From Octopus bimaculoides (lineage: Eukaryota): a DNA stretch of 34,175 nt. The DNA lies in assembly GCF_001194135.2 (NCBI RefSeq), contig NC_068998.1:17279016-17313190 (forward strand), written 5' to 3'. Shown here one piece after another: positions 10,947 through 21,227 of this stretch (within the stretch, counting starts at the first letter, position 1; every line of letters starts with the position of its first letter). The position numbers and the translations under genes are program-made. Under the pieces are notes generated by a model that searched no databases, was not told the DNA's origin, and worked only from the letters and a program-made list of their open reading frames with translations.

Positions 10947-11272
10947 GTGAAGGCGCATGGCTTAGTAGTTAGAGCATCGGGTTCATGATCATGAGGTTGT
11001 GAGTTCAATTCCTGAGCTGGGCTGTGTGTTGTGCTCTTAAGCAAGGCACTTTATTTCCCATTGGTCCAATTCACTCAGATGTAGAAATGAGTTGCAACAT
11101 CACTGGTGCCAAGCTGTATTGGCTTTTACTCTTCCTTGGATAACATCAGTAGCATGGAAAGGGAAGGCTGGTACGTCTGGGTGACTACTGGTCTTTCATA
11201 AACAACCTTGTGCTCGGACTTGTGCCTCACAGGGGAACTTTCTAGATGCAATCCCATGATCATTCTGTACCC
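10947..11272 (+). mobile_element. tRNA-derived SINE, family F
   Basis: A-box-like TGGCTTAGTAG, B-box-like GAGTTCAATTCC, CORE-like CTCTTAAGCAAGGCACTTTATTT; the head matches the copy at 20507. Confidence 0.8.
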
Positions 11273-11314
<42 letters not shown>

Positions 11315-11799
11315 AGTTTGGATATAACATGACATTAGTTAAAACTGATCTATGACAGTTACAAAATTCTAGTTTGCAGAGTGCAACACATGAGACTCTT
11401 AGCACTTGAATTGACTGTATAGTTTTACAGCTACTAGACAGACAGATAGATAAATAGATAAATAGATAGATAAATGATAGATAGATAGATAGATAGATAA
11501 ATAAATAGACAGATAGATGGGTGGGTGGATAGATAGATAGATGGGTATAGATCTATAAATATAATTCAGTAATTCAGATAGGTGGTAATGTACTTAATGA
11601 TATATGCAAAAAATATTCGATTAATTGAAAATTTATCTCTTAACTGTAGAAAGAGAATATAACCTTCTGACTTTCAAAGAAGATAGAAAATAATTTCATG
11701 AAACGAAGAACTAATTTCACAGAAAATTGAACTTTCATGCTTAGAGAAATATTTGATTTTTTGTTAGTTGGCAAAGTCACACACACACACATATTATTA

Positions 11800-11800
11800 T

Positions 11801-11834
<34 letters not shown>

Positions 11835-11938
11835 ATTATTTTTATTATTATTTTTATATCTGTCTTTGTATTGTCCCCATCATCCTTGTAGCAAATAAAT
11901 GAAATCATCACTATTATCATCATCATTATTATTGTTAC

Positions 11939-11996
<58 letters not shown>
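11800..11996. repeat. compound (TTG)n/(TTA)n/(TCA)n microsatellite
   Basis: Visible tandem trinucleotides; source of the poly-I/poly-T ORF at 11777-12013. Confidence 0.95.
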
Positions 11997-12129
11997 TCAC
12001 TTCCGTATAGCAATGCTAAAAACCTGGTGTTAGAACTCAGTATACATATGTTTCAGAACAAAGTGTCAGTCAAGTACAGAACAATAATAAGAAATTAGAA
12101 TGATAAAGGTATGATAAATTATATCATGA

Positions 12130-12232
12130 ACTTCATTACCTTACAGCTGTTTCTGTAATAAGATACAAATCACTAATATTTGAATGCTTTTGTATCTTCC
12201 TACAGCTTCATCAGAGCTTCATGCATGAAGTG
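12130..12232 (-). ncRNA. degenerate Penelope-type hammerhead ribozyme motif
   Basis: Minus strand has CTGATGA (12214-12208), a long stem II (TGTAGGAAGATACAAA/TTTGTATCTTATTACA), GAAAC, palindromic ACAGCTGT and a GTA triplet (12144-12142). Stem I is weak and there are 3 extra nt after the core. Confidence 0.5.
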
Positions 12233-13137
12233 CAATTTTATTTTGGAAAACATTTACATATCTATATATATATATATATACAGAAAAGTATTACCAATGA
12301 AATAGCATTAATGTATGTAGGAAATGTATTCAGAAATTTAAGGGGAAGAAGCCCCTCCCTAAAGTAGAACAAGACAATTTTATCTGTAAGGATAGGCATA
12401 TGAAGAATTATGAAAAGAAGTAAACAAGATGTAAGGAAGGCAAGTAAAAACATATCCTAGGAATAGAGATAGATTGAAAGAGACAGGATCCAAGAGAATG
12501 AGAGAATTAAAAAAAGAGAGAAAAGTAGAACAAAAACAGAAAAGAAAACAGAAAAGCATTTATGAGGGTCAATAAATACTTTTCCACATAAGGATTTTAG
12601 CCAAACTGACCATTTGCAAATATTAAGCCAAAAAGGGGAGGATAGAGGAGGAATAAAGTGAGAAGGCATTTTACAGGTAACAGCAAATATATGTGCAGAT
12701 AGAGTGAGAGTAGGGAGAGACCAAGGCAATGTTGAAAGATATATGTATATATCTTCACACACACACACACACCTATATATATATATNNNNNNNNNNNNNN
12801 NNNNNNNNNNNNNNNNNNNNNNNNNNNNNNNNNNNNNNNNNNNNNNNNNNNNNNNNNNNNNNNNNNNNNNNNNNNNNNNNNNNNNNNNNNNNNNNNNNNN
12901 NNNNNNNNNNNNNNNNNNNNNNNNNNNNNNNNNNNNNNNNNNNNNNNNNNNNNNNNNNNNNNNNNNNNNNNNNNNNNNNNNNNNNNNNNNNNNNNNNNNN
13001 NNNNNNNNNNNNNNNNNNNNNNNNNNNNNNNNNNNNNNNNNNNNNNNNNNNNNNNNNNNNNNNNNNNNNNNNNNNNNNNNNNNNNNNNNNNNNNNNNNNN
13101 NNNNNNNNNNNNNNNNNATATATATATATATATATAT

Positions 13138-13340
13138 ATCATCATCATCATCATCATCGTTTAACATCTGCTTTCCATGTTAACATGGGTTGGACGATTT
13201 GACTGAGAACTGGTGAACCAGATGGCTACACCAGGCTCCAATCTGATTTGGTAGAGTTTCTGCAGCTGGATGCCCTTCCTAATGCCAACCACTCCAAGAG
13301 TGTAGTGGGTGCCGGTGGCACGAAGGCCAGTCAGGCGGTA
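13138..13340 (-). mobile_element. SINE-like repeat, family D, relatively young, (GAT)n tail
   Basis: (CAT)n CGTTTAACATCTGCTTTCCATG...GGATGCCCTTCCTAATGCCAACCACTC; about 90% identical by eye to 32038-32203. Confidence 0.9.
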
Positions 13341-13394
13341 TGTACATTCATGTGTGCGTTATATACGTACATTCCTCTGTGTACATTTATGTGT

Positions 13395-13600
13395 GTGTTT
13401 GCTCCCCACTACTCTTGACAACCAGTGTTGGTTTGTTTATGTCTTTGTAATTTAGCAATTTGCCAATGGAAACCAATAGAAGGTGTACCAGTTTTAAAAA
13501 ATAAGTACTGGGTTCGATTTGTTTAACTAAACTTGTCGAGGTGGTGCCCCAGCATAGCTACAGTCCAATGAGTGAAACAAGCAAAGCCTAAAAGAGTATG
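13395..13600 (+). mobile_element. SINE family A tail module
   Basis: CTTGACAACCAGTGTTGG...GTAATTTAGC...GTGGTGCCCCAGCATAGC...GTGAAACAAG. Confidence 0.75.
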
Positions 13601-13620
13601 CATGTATGTCATTATTCAAT

Positions 13621-14010
13621 TTTTACCCCCACCAAGGAAGGAGGTTATGTTTTCATCAGCATTGGTTTGTCCATCTGTCCGCTAGTGTGCAAAATAGCTC
13701 AAAAATTTGTGAATGGTATTTGATGAAACTTGCAGAAAAAGTTGGTAAAGACACAAGAAACAGATGATGAAATTTTGGTAGTGATCCGGGAATTTTTATG
13801 GATTCTGGAAGGATTTTTCATTTGTTATATTTACTTTACATGAAGTATTACAATGTTACGTTCTTTGATTATCTCCCTTGAAAACACGTTCATTGCTTCC
13901 ACTTAACCTATGGTGGCGTTACTGTTTCCAAAGTTTATTTTCGTTTCACTATCAGTAATTTTACTCGCGTATCTATCTTAAAATGAGCTGCTTGGCGGAG
14001 GTTTGCGGAG
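13621..14010 (+). mobile_element. non-autonomous Helentron-type element (HINE/DINE-1-like), copy 1
   Basis: 5' ACCCCCACCAAGGAAGGAGGTTATGTTTTC, GTTTGTCCATCTGTCC microsatellite-like tract, 3' subTIR CTTGGCGGAGGT at 13991-14002; terminal hairpin missing. Confidence 0.7.
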
Positions 14011-14182
14011 GATGACATGACAAGCCTTGACTATTGGGATCGACTCAAAAATCTCAGGTTTTGCTCCCTCCACCGCTGCTGTAAAACTAGCTTGCTGTTG
14101 TCATTGATGTATTATAACTGCTTCAGATGATTCCTGTTTTTAATGTTTTTTTTTTTAAATCATATGGCTGTTATTTTTTTTA

Positions 14183-14311
14183 AATCCCACCAAGGAGGTT
14201 ATGTTTTTGACGGCATTGGTTTGGGAAATTCGGCGATTCTCAGCATGCGTGTGTATGGATGGAAATGAGGTGCTTGGCGGAGGTCTGCACTCTCCAAGTG
14301 CTTTTCTAATA
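14183..14311 (+). mobile_element. non-autonomous Helentron-type element (HINE-like), copy 2, short
   Basis: 5' CCCACCAAGGAGGTTATG, 3' subTIR CTTGGCGGAGGT from 14273, stem-loop GCACT-CTCCA-AGTGC 14287-14301 followed by a T-run. Confidence 0.75.
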
Positions 14312-14367
14312 TTTCAAGATTTCTTGCCAATAAAGAAAAAAATGGTTTCTAACCTAGAGCCAAGGCT

Positions 14368-14738
14368 CCTTCATTAGAATTTCAACATCAACATGGTATT
14401 TTTGCATGTATGTGTGTATATATGCAATATTTGGAGTCAGTGTATATGCAGATTTGTATTGTTTTATGCATTTGTTTTGTTTTATGCATGTATTTTCATG
14501 CATGTAGTTCCATATCTAAACATGTGCATATATTCTTAAATGATAAACCTCTCTCATTGGAATTTTGACAGCATCAGCAAGCTATTTTTGCATGTATGTG
14601 TGTATATGTGCAGTATTTGGAGTCTGTGCATGGTTAGATTTGTATTGTTTGATGCATTTGTTTTGTTTTATGCATGTATTTTCATGCATGTAGTTGCATA
14701 TCTAAACATGTGCATATATTCTTAAATGATAAACCTCT
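14368..14738 (+). repeat. two-copy tandem duplication, ~185-bp period
   Basis: AAATGATAAACCTCT recurs 186 bp apart; the units are near-identical over their 3' two thirds. Confidence 0.9.
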
Positions 14739-15133
14739 GGAAAGTTTTACAAGTTTTTACAGTTTCAGTGATGGATTGGATCTGTAGTCTTCGAATCAGC
14801 TTTCTACTTTCTGGCTTTCAGAAGCCTAATTTTTCAAGATTGGTATTTAGGCAGTGTGTAACATATTCTAGTACCTCAATAATTACAGATAAAAACCTGA
14901 ATTTGTAATCCAGGTAGGAAAACTGTTGATTTCTCAACAGTTTAGCAAAGGTATTTTCTCTTTTGCTGATCTTTAGCTTTATGTTAAAATCTGATGGGCA
15001 GCTGATTTCTACACGCATGCATGCATGTATGTATGCATGTATGTATGTGTGTGTGTGTATGTATGTATGTATGTATGTATGTATGTATGTATGTATGGGT
15101 GGATAGATGGATGCATGCATGTACATGTATATG

Positions 15134-15604
15134 GACAATAAGTGGTCCTCTTACACACCTGATATTAATGTATTTGAGAAATCCAGCAGTATTGAGGAAA
15201 GGATAATTTTGAACCAGATGCATTGGGCTGGTCATATCAGGGAGGAAAATGGAAGGCAGCCCAAACAGATATTTTATGTGGAGCTGACCTGAGGGAAAAA
15301 ACCTCAGCATAAACCTTGGAAATGGTTTGAGGATGTCATAAAAGACAACCTTAAAGCCTTTTAGATTGATATAGTTATCTAGGAGACATTGGCTGAAAGC
15401 TGTACATCATGAAGAGAGACAATCAAGCAGAGATATAGTGTCTTTGAGCAAAAGTGAATAGCACATGCTGCTTTGAAGTGTTCACTCCATAAGAGGGTCC
15501 TAAGTGCAGTACCTACAGAATCCCTGCAGGAATTGAAGTGCAATGTGTGTGAATGATTTCTATTCTCAAGGGTGGAATTTGTCAACCATCTGTAGTCACA
15601 TAAG
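15134..15604 (+). pseudogene. RTE-clade LINE 3' coding remnant (post-RT region plus C2H2 zinc finger)
   Basis: One frame reads NKW...PD..V.EK...SIE....NQMHWAGHIR....RQPKQIFY.EL..GKKP..KP.K.F.D.IK.NLK...and ends CNVCE*FLFSRVEFVNHL*SH (C-x2-C-x12-H-x3-H, 15539-15601); seven in-frame stops, no frameshift. Confidence 0.9.
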
Positions 15605-16139
15605 CCAGGAAGAAATTGAGCTGCTTGTGAGATGGTTCTACCCCCACACACACAGCATGCTAAATTTGTACTGAAAAGAGAAATAAGTGTCACATCTGTG
15701 AACATTCCAGCAGAATGAAAGCTGGGCTGAAAAACCACTTGCACGCACATGATCATGCAATGTTCAATGAAGTGACAGCATGCTTCTGACAAGAAGTTGC
15801 AATCAGCACGTGTGTATGTATGCATGTATAGTCATTTGCTTTTACATCTGTTTTGCCATGCTAGCAATGGTTAGATAAATATATTACTGAGACATGTTTT
15901 AACAGTTGGATGCTCTTTCTATCACTGACGCCTACATGTTTTCAAGTAAGGCTCTCATATTTCACACATCTGCAAAGGTGTAAAGTTAGCAACTAGAGAA
16001 ATGACAACAACATACTGCTTGTAGCTCTTGTGATTTTCAGGGAAGTGCAAATGTAAACAAATGCACACACAGACACATATAGCACATGTACACATGCATA
16101 TACTCACACCCAAAGACATGCTAACGTACACACACTCAG

Positions 16140-16272
16140 TACATTGTTTCAGTTTCCATCTACTAAATTCATTGAAAAAGGCTGGAGCTATAATACAAGT
16201 CACAATACAAAACTCAAAAGCCAGAGCACACGAGATTGGGAAGCAAAACTTATCAACCATACAGCCATGCTT
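16140..16272 (-). mobile_element. SINE family A head
   Basis: TTTCAGTTTCCATCTACTAAATTC...GATTGGGAAGCAAAACTTATCAACCATACAGCCATGC. Confidence 0.7.
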
Positions 16273-16302
16273 TCACCATATATATATATATTAATATATA
16301 TA

Positions 16303-17214
16303 TTATTACCTATGAGGTTATTATTCCCATGCTGGCCACTTGATATGATCAGTATTTTAAATAACAATCTTATCCTTATTTATATAATTTATAAATTTAC
16401 TTCGTCATTATATTCACTGCCGTAGTATTTTTCCACCCATGCCTTCCCCACCTCCCAACACCCTCACATCACACCACACCAATACCCTCGCATCACACAC
16501 TACAACTGACCAACTACTTTCTCCCTTCCCCATTTTCACACTACATACGTCAAGATCACCAGCATTCTATCTCCCACACACAGCCCCTCGTTCTTCAATC
16601 ACCGTTTGTTATCTCCCCCTTTTCTTAGCTCTCCTGAAAAAAGAATTTCTAACTTCCGGTCAGCCATTGTTATGATCAGCCATTATTATAATTGACCGTT
16701 GACTGGACACTATTCAATTTTTTTTCTCCGTGTTTTTCTCCTTGTCTCCATATTCTTTCTGTTGAAGAGCGTNNNNNNNNNNNNNNNNNNNNNNNNNNNN
16801 NNNNNNNNNNNNNNNNNNNNNNNNNNNNNNNNNNNNNNNNNNNNNNNNNNNNNNNNNNNNNNNNNNNNNNNNNNNNNNNNNNNNNNNNNNNNNNNNNNNN
16901 NNNNNNNNNNNNNNNNNNNNNNNNNNNNNNNNNNNNNNNNNNNNNNNNNNNNNNNNNNNNNCAAGAGATACCACCACGCTGAAAAAATAGCAGTCAAATC
17001 CTGACTCCAAAACCACAATAAATGTCCGCAAGGCACGATTAGCGAACTGTGGTTTTGGAGTCAGGATTTGACTGCTATTTTTTCAGCGTGGTGGTATCTC
17101 TTGATACCCTGTATTATAATTTTAAATAATTATTACCTTTGATGGTTTTTATTCCCATGCTGACCACTTGATAAGATCAATATTTTAAATACCGATCTTA
17201 TCCTTATTTATATA
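16303..17214 (+). repeat. ~85-bp direct repeats (16303-16386 and 17130-17214)
   Basis: Manual alignment gives 7 mismatches and 1 gap in about 85 bp. Confidence 0.9.
16962..17111. mobile_element. foldback/MITE-like element with perfect 56-bp inverted arms and a 30-bp spacer; left end lies in the gap
   Basis: 16962-17017 is the exact reverse complement of 17048-17103; the right end continues ATACCCTG, then TA. Confidence 0.85.
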
Positions 17215-17811
17215 TATATATATATTTATGGAGTGGGGGAGTAGGAATGTACAATACCTAACAATCATAAATAATCAGTGTATGAATTCAGAAGATACTG
17301 GATATACTGGTTGTATATTATTGACATTTGGGTGTACAATTTATCACTTTATTTCTACAAAAATAAGTACTCTTACTTTGTAACTGAATGGTTACTTAAA
17401 ATTATGAATATAGGCTTTTGAATACTGAAAACACAGCCACTTTTCTTAGCTGTGAGAATTGTCTTTACTCTGATGATTTAATAGGAAATGTTACCAAGCA
17501 CACACACACACTCACTACTCTCTGTAACACAATAAACATAATTTGTTTTGTATTTCTTGAAAAACAACCTCGAAGGCACCAATCTTAAGTCAATGAAATA
17601 ATGCTTGAATTGGTCTATATTGATTAACAGAAGAGTTTTTAGAAATGTTATAGTCAAGAGTTAATTTCACTCTAAATGCACAGTAATTATGTCTTCGGGG
17701 AGGTTGGAAAGCATGAATGCAAAGGAGAGTTATTGTTTTATGAAATGAATTTTGTAGCCAGAACAATTTCAGGGAAAATGCTGACTGTATCAAATAAAAA
17801 TGCATTTTTAT

Positions 17812-17965
17812 TTGGTATTTTATCTTTTACTTGTTTCAATCACTTAGACTGTGGCCACGCTGGGGCACCACCTTGAAAGGTTTCGGTTGAATGAATCAAC
17901 TCCAGTACTTGTTTTCTTTGTTGTCAAGCAGTGGTGGGGAACAAATACAAACACAAAGATGCATG

Positions 17966-18004
<39 letters not shown>

Positions 18005-18160
18005 GCACGCACGCACACAATGAGTTTCAGCTTTGTCTACCGAATCCACTCACAAGGCTTTTGTTGTCTTTGAGCCAAGAGTAAAAGTGCCATGCCATGG
18101 AGCAGAACCCAGAACCATGTGATTGGGAAGCAAACATCTTACCACACAGCCATGACAGCA
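17812..18160 (-). mobile_element. SINE family A, internally shortened
   Basis: Tail (TTTTACTTGTTTCAATC...GGCCACGCTGGGGCACC), (CA)n, and head (CATCTTACCACACAGCCATG). Confidence 0.8.
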
Positions 18161-18970
18161 CTGAATATAGTCATGCATTTTCAACATGTATTTTCAACCT
18201 GACATGTGACAGCCATCTGCAAGTTGTAACTTTAAACATCACAATTATCAAAATGTAAGTATCATCAGATTATCATCATGCTATCACTATTAAAATCATC
18301 ATCATCATCATTGTGATCATTGCAATATCTCATGAGATATGACCATATCTCATAGATTCGGTTCATTACCATTAGGCTTCCATGTGCAACAAACCTTCAG
18401 GCTATATACTCATTTTTCTGAAATGAGCTATTAGTATAACAATATATGATTTCCAAACAATTAACATCTACTTTCAGTTTCTGGAATCAGAAGAAAAGCA
18501 TCAAAGTTATGAATGCAGAACGTGTGATATGACAAGGTTAATAACATTCTGATGTGAAACGAAATTTTCATTTGTAGTCAAGAAAATACATGCTAAAAAC
18601 TCATGAAAACTACAGAAGCTGTATGTGTAGATATTAACTGAAAGACTGATCATCATGACTGGCTGCAGCTGTTTAGATGCTGGCAATTTGGCATGCTTGA
18701 CTAGATATTCAACCTGTTGTAGCAACAGTACTTTTTGGCACTGGTGGAACATCTACACACACACACACAGAAATATGCACAAGCAGATAATGAGAGTGAA
18801 AGAGAGAAAGAGAGAGAGAGGGAGGCATTACAATCTATTGATTAAACGTGGTTGACATAAACGCTTCACTCTCCTTGTAGGCATAAAGACAAATTTGCTC
18901 ACACACATAAATAGAGAAAGCAGTGTAGAAAGATGTATGCATGTATGTTTGTATGTACATATGTGTGTAC

Positions 18971-19377
18971 CCAGGACATGCCACCTAGGTAGGCAAGATA
19001 GGCAGTGCCTGCCTTGAATAAAATAGATCAATAACAACATGTTTCTTTTATTGCAAAATATGCACGTAATTAAATAAAATTATGAAGATTATTCTGACTA
19101 CTATGCATAAAATGCAAAATATTTTATTTTCTGTAGATTAGGTAGGCATAATTCACCCCTGCTTTTCAATCTCAATATTTAAGCTAAGCATAGTACTGCT
19201 GTAGAACACATACTGTGTGCATTCCTACAACAATGTTTTGTTTACGTGCTATAAAGGCAGAAGTAAATCTGACGTCAATTCAGCCGCACGCTTCTGTTTT
19301 GCATATTTTTTGTGTGTTTTACTACATAAAGGTCACCAACTGCCTACCCTGAGTAATTACTGATGGCACATGCCTGG
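18971..19377. mobile_element. possible MITE with imperfect TIRs
   Basis: CCAGGACATGCCA versus reverse complement CCAGGCATGTGCCA, plus inner TAGGCAGT/ACTGCCTA; no clear TSD. Confidence 0.3.
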
Positions 19378-19705
19378 TATGTATGTATGTATGTATGCAT
19401 GCATGCATGTATGTATGCATGTATGTATGTATGTATGTATGTATGTATATATGCATGTATGTGTATGCATGTGTATGTGTGTATGTATGTATATATGCAT
19501 GTATGTGTATGCATGTGTATGTGTGTGTACTGTGTATGAGTGTGAGTGTAAAACTAAGGTGTCTAAAAATGATCAGAGAACAGGGCAAGTGAATCGTTGT
19601 GAAGAACAGATAAACATAAACTAGTGTCAATATCTTATAAATTTTAAACTACAGAATTCAATAATTTTGCATAGATTTCAACAAAGCTTTTATCACACAA
19701 ATGTA

Positions 19706-19740
<35 letters not shown>

Positions 19741-20156
19741 NNNNNNNNNNNNNNNNNNNNNNNNNNNNNNNNNNNNNNNNNNNNNNNNNNNNNNNNNNNN
19801 NNNNNNNNNNNNNNNNNNNNNNNNNNNNNNNNNNNNNNNNNNNNNNNNNNNNNNNNNNNNNNNNNNNNNNNNNNNNNNNNNNNNNNNNNNNNNNNNNNNN
19901 NNNNNNNNNNNNNNNNNNNNNNNNNNNNNNNNNNNNNNNNNNNNNNNNNNNNNNNNNNNNNNNNNNNNNNNNNNNNNNNNNNNNNNNNNNNNNNNNNNNN
20001 NNNNNNNNNNNNNNNNNNNNNNNNNNNNNNNNNNNNNNNNNNNNNNNNNNNNNNNNNNNNNNNNNNNNNNNNNNNNNNNNNNNNNNNNNNNNNNNNNNNN
20101 NNNNNNNNNNNNNNNNNNNNNNNNNNNNNNNNNNNNNNNNNNNNNNNNNNNNNNNN

Positions 20157-20167
<11 letters not shown>

Positions 20168-20202
<35 letters not shown>

Positions 20203-20261
20203 GAGACAGAGAGAGAGACAGAGAGAGAGACAGAGAGAGAGACAGAGAGAGAGACAGAGAG
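20168..20261. repeat. (GA)n followed by (GAGAGAGACA)n higher-order microsatellite
   Basis: Visible tandem 10-mer. Confidence 0.95.
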
Positions 20262-20269
20262 TTTGATAG

Positions 20270-20433
20270 TTATTGCCAAGCTAACATGGCAGACCCCAAA
20301 ATAGGACGAATGCTGCCATTTATTAGCTCTGAGAGGCTATTACCTCTAGTTAGCTCTGTGACACATGAACCTGGTTCGTGTGTCACATAACATTCACCCT
20401 ATTTTTTGGACTGCCATGTTAGCTTGGCAATAA
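20270..20433. mobile_element. inverted-repeat element (36-bp arms, 33/36) with internal 31-bp palindrome
   Basis: TTATTGCCAAGCTAACATGGCAG is perfectly inverted at 20270 and 20433; TGTGACACATGAACC-T-GGTTCGTGTGTCACA at 20357-20387. Confidence 0.75.
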
Positions 20434-20506
20434 TTATTAATATCCAGTACTGCTGCCATAGTCTCCTTTAGAGAGACTTAGAAATATTAATATTTCTATT
20501 TATTTA

Positions 20507-20730
20507 TGGAGTCATGTGGCTTAATGGTTAGAGTGCTGGACTCATGATCATAAGATTGTGGTTTCAATTCCTGGACTGGGCAATGTGTTATTCTATGTTC
20601 TTGAGCAAAACACTTCACTTTATGTTGCTCCAGCCCACTCAGCTGACAAAAATAAATAATCCTGTAACGGACTGGCATCCCATCCAGGTGGAGAATGTAT
20701 ATGCCATGAAACCAGCTCTTATGAGCTTTA
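20507..20730 (+). mobile_element. tRNA-derived SINE, family F head with a different tail
   Basis: TGGCTTAATGGTTAG...GGTTTCAATTCC...CTTGAGCAAAACACTT, then GGACTGGCATCCCATCCAGG. Confidence 0.8.
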
Positions 20731-21089
20731 CCTTTATTTTACCTATATAAAATATATATATATATATATATATATATANNNNNNNNNNNNNNNNNNNNNN
20801 NNNNNNNNNNNNNNNNNNNNNNNNNNNNNNNNNNNNNNNNNNNNNNNNNNNNNNNNNNNNNNNNNNNNNNNNNNNNNNNNNNNNNNNNNNNNNNNNNNNN
20901 NNNNNNNNNNNNNNNNNNNNNNNNNNNNNNNNNNNNNNNNNNNNNNNNNNNNNNNNNNNNNNNNNNNNNNNNNNNNNNNNNNNNNNNNNNNNNNNNNNNN
21001 NNNNNNNNNNNNNNNNNNNNNNNNNNNNNNNNNNNNNNNNNNNNNNNNNNNNNNNNNNNNNNNNNNNNNNNNNNNNNNNNNNNNNNNNN

Positions 21090-21126
<37 letters not shown>

Positions 21127-21167
21127 TATCAGCATGGAGCTAGAGAGACAGATAGAGAGATTGATAA

Positions 21168-21227
<60 letters not shown>

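Noticed and set aside
10947-11020. tRNA gene (also 20507-20580 and the family A/B heads)
   Set aside because: A- and B-box-like motifs are present but the acceptor and anticodon stems do not pair, and each continues into a SINE body.
17472-17500. CTGATGA-TTTAATAG-GAAA hammerhead-like spacing
   Set aside because: Stem II is only 2 weak pairs and stems I and III do not form.
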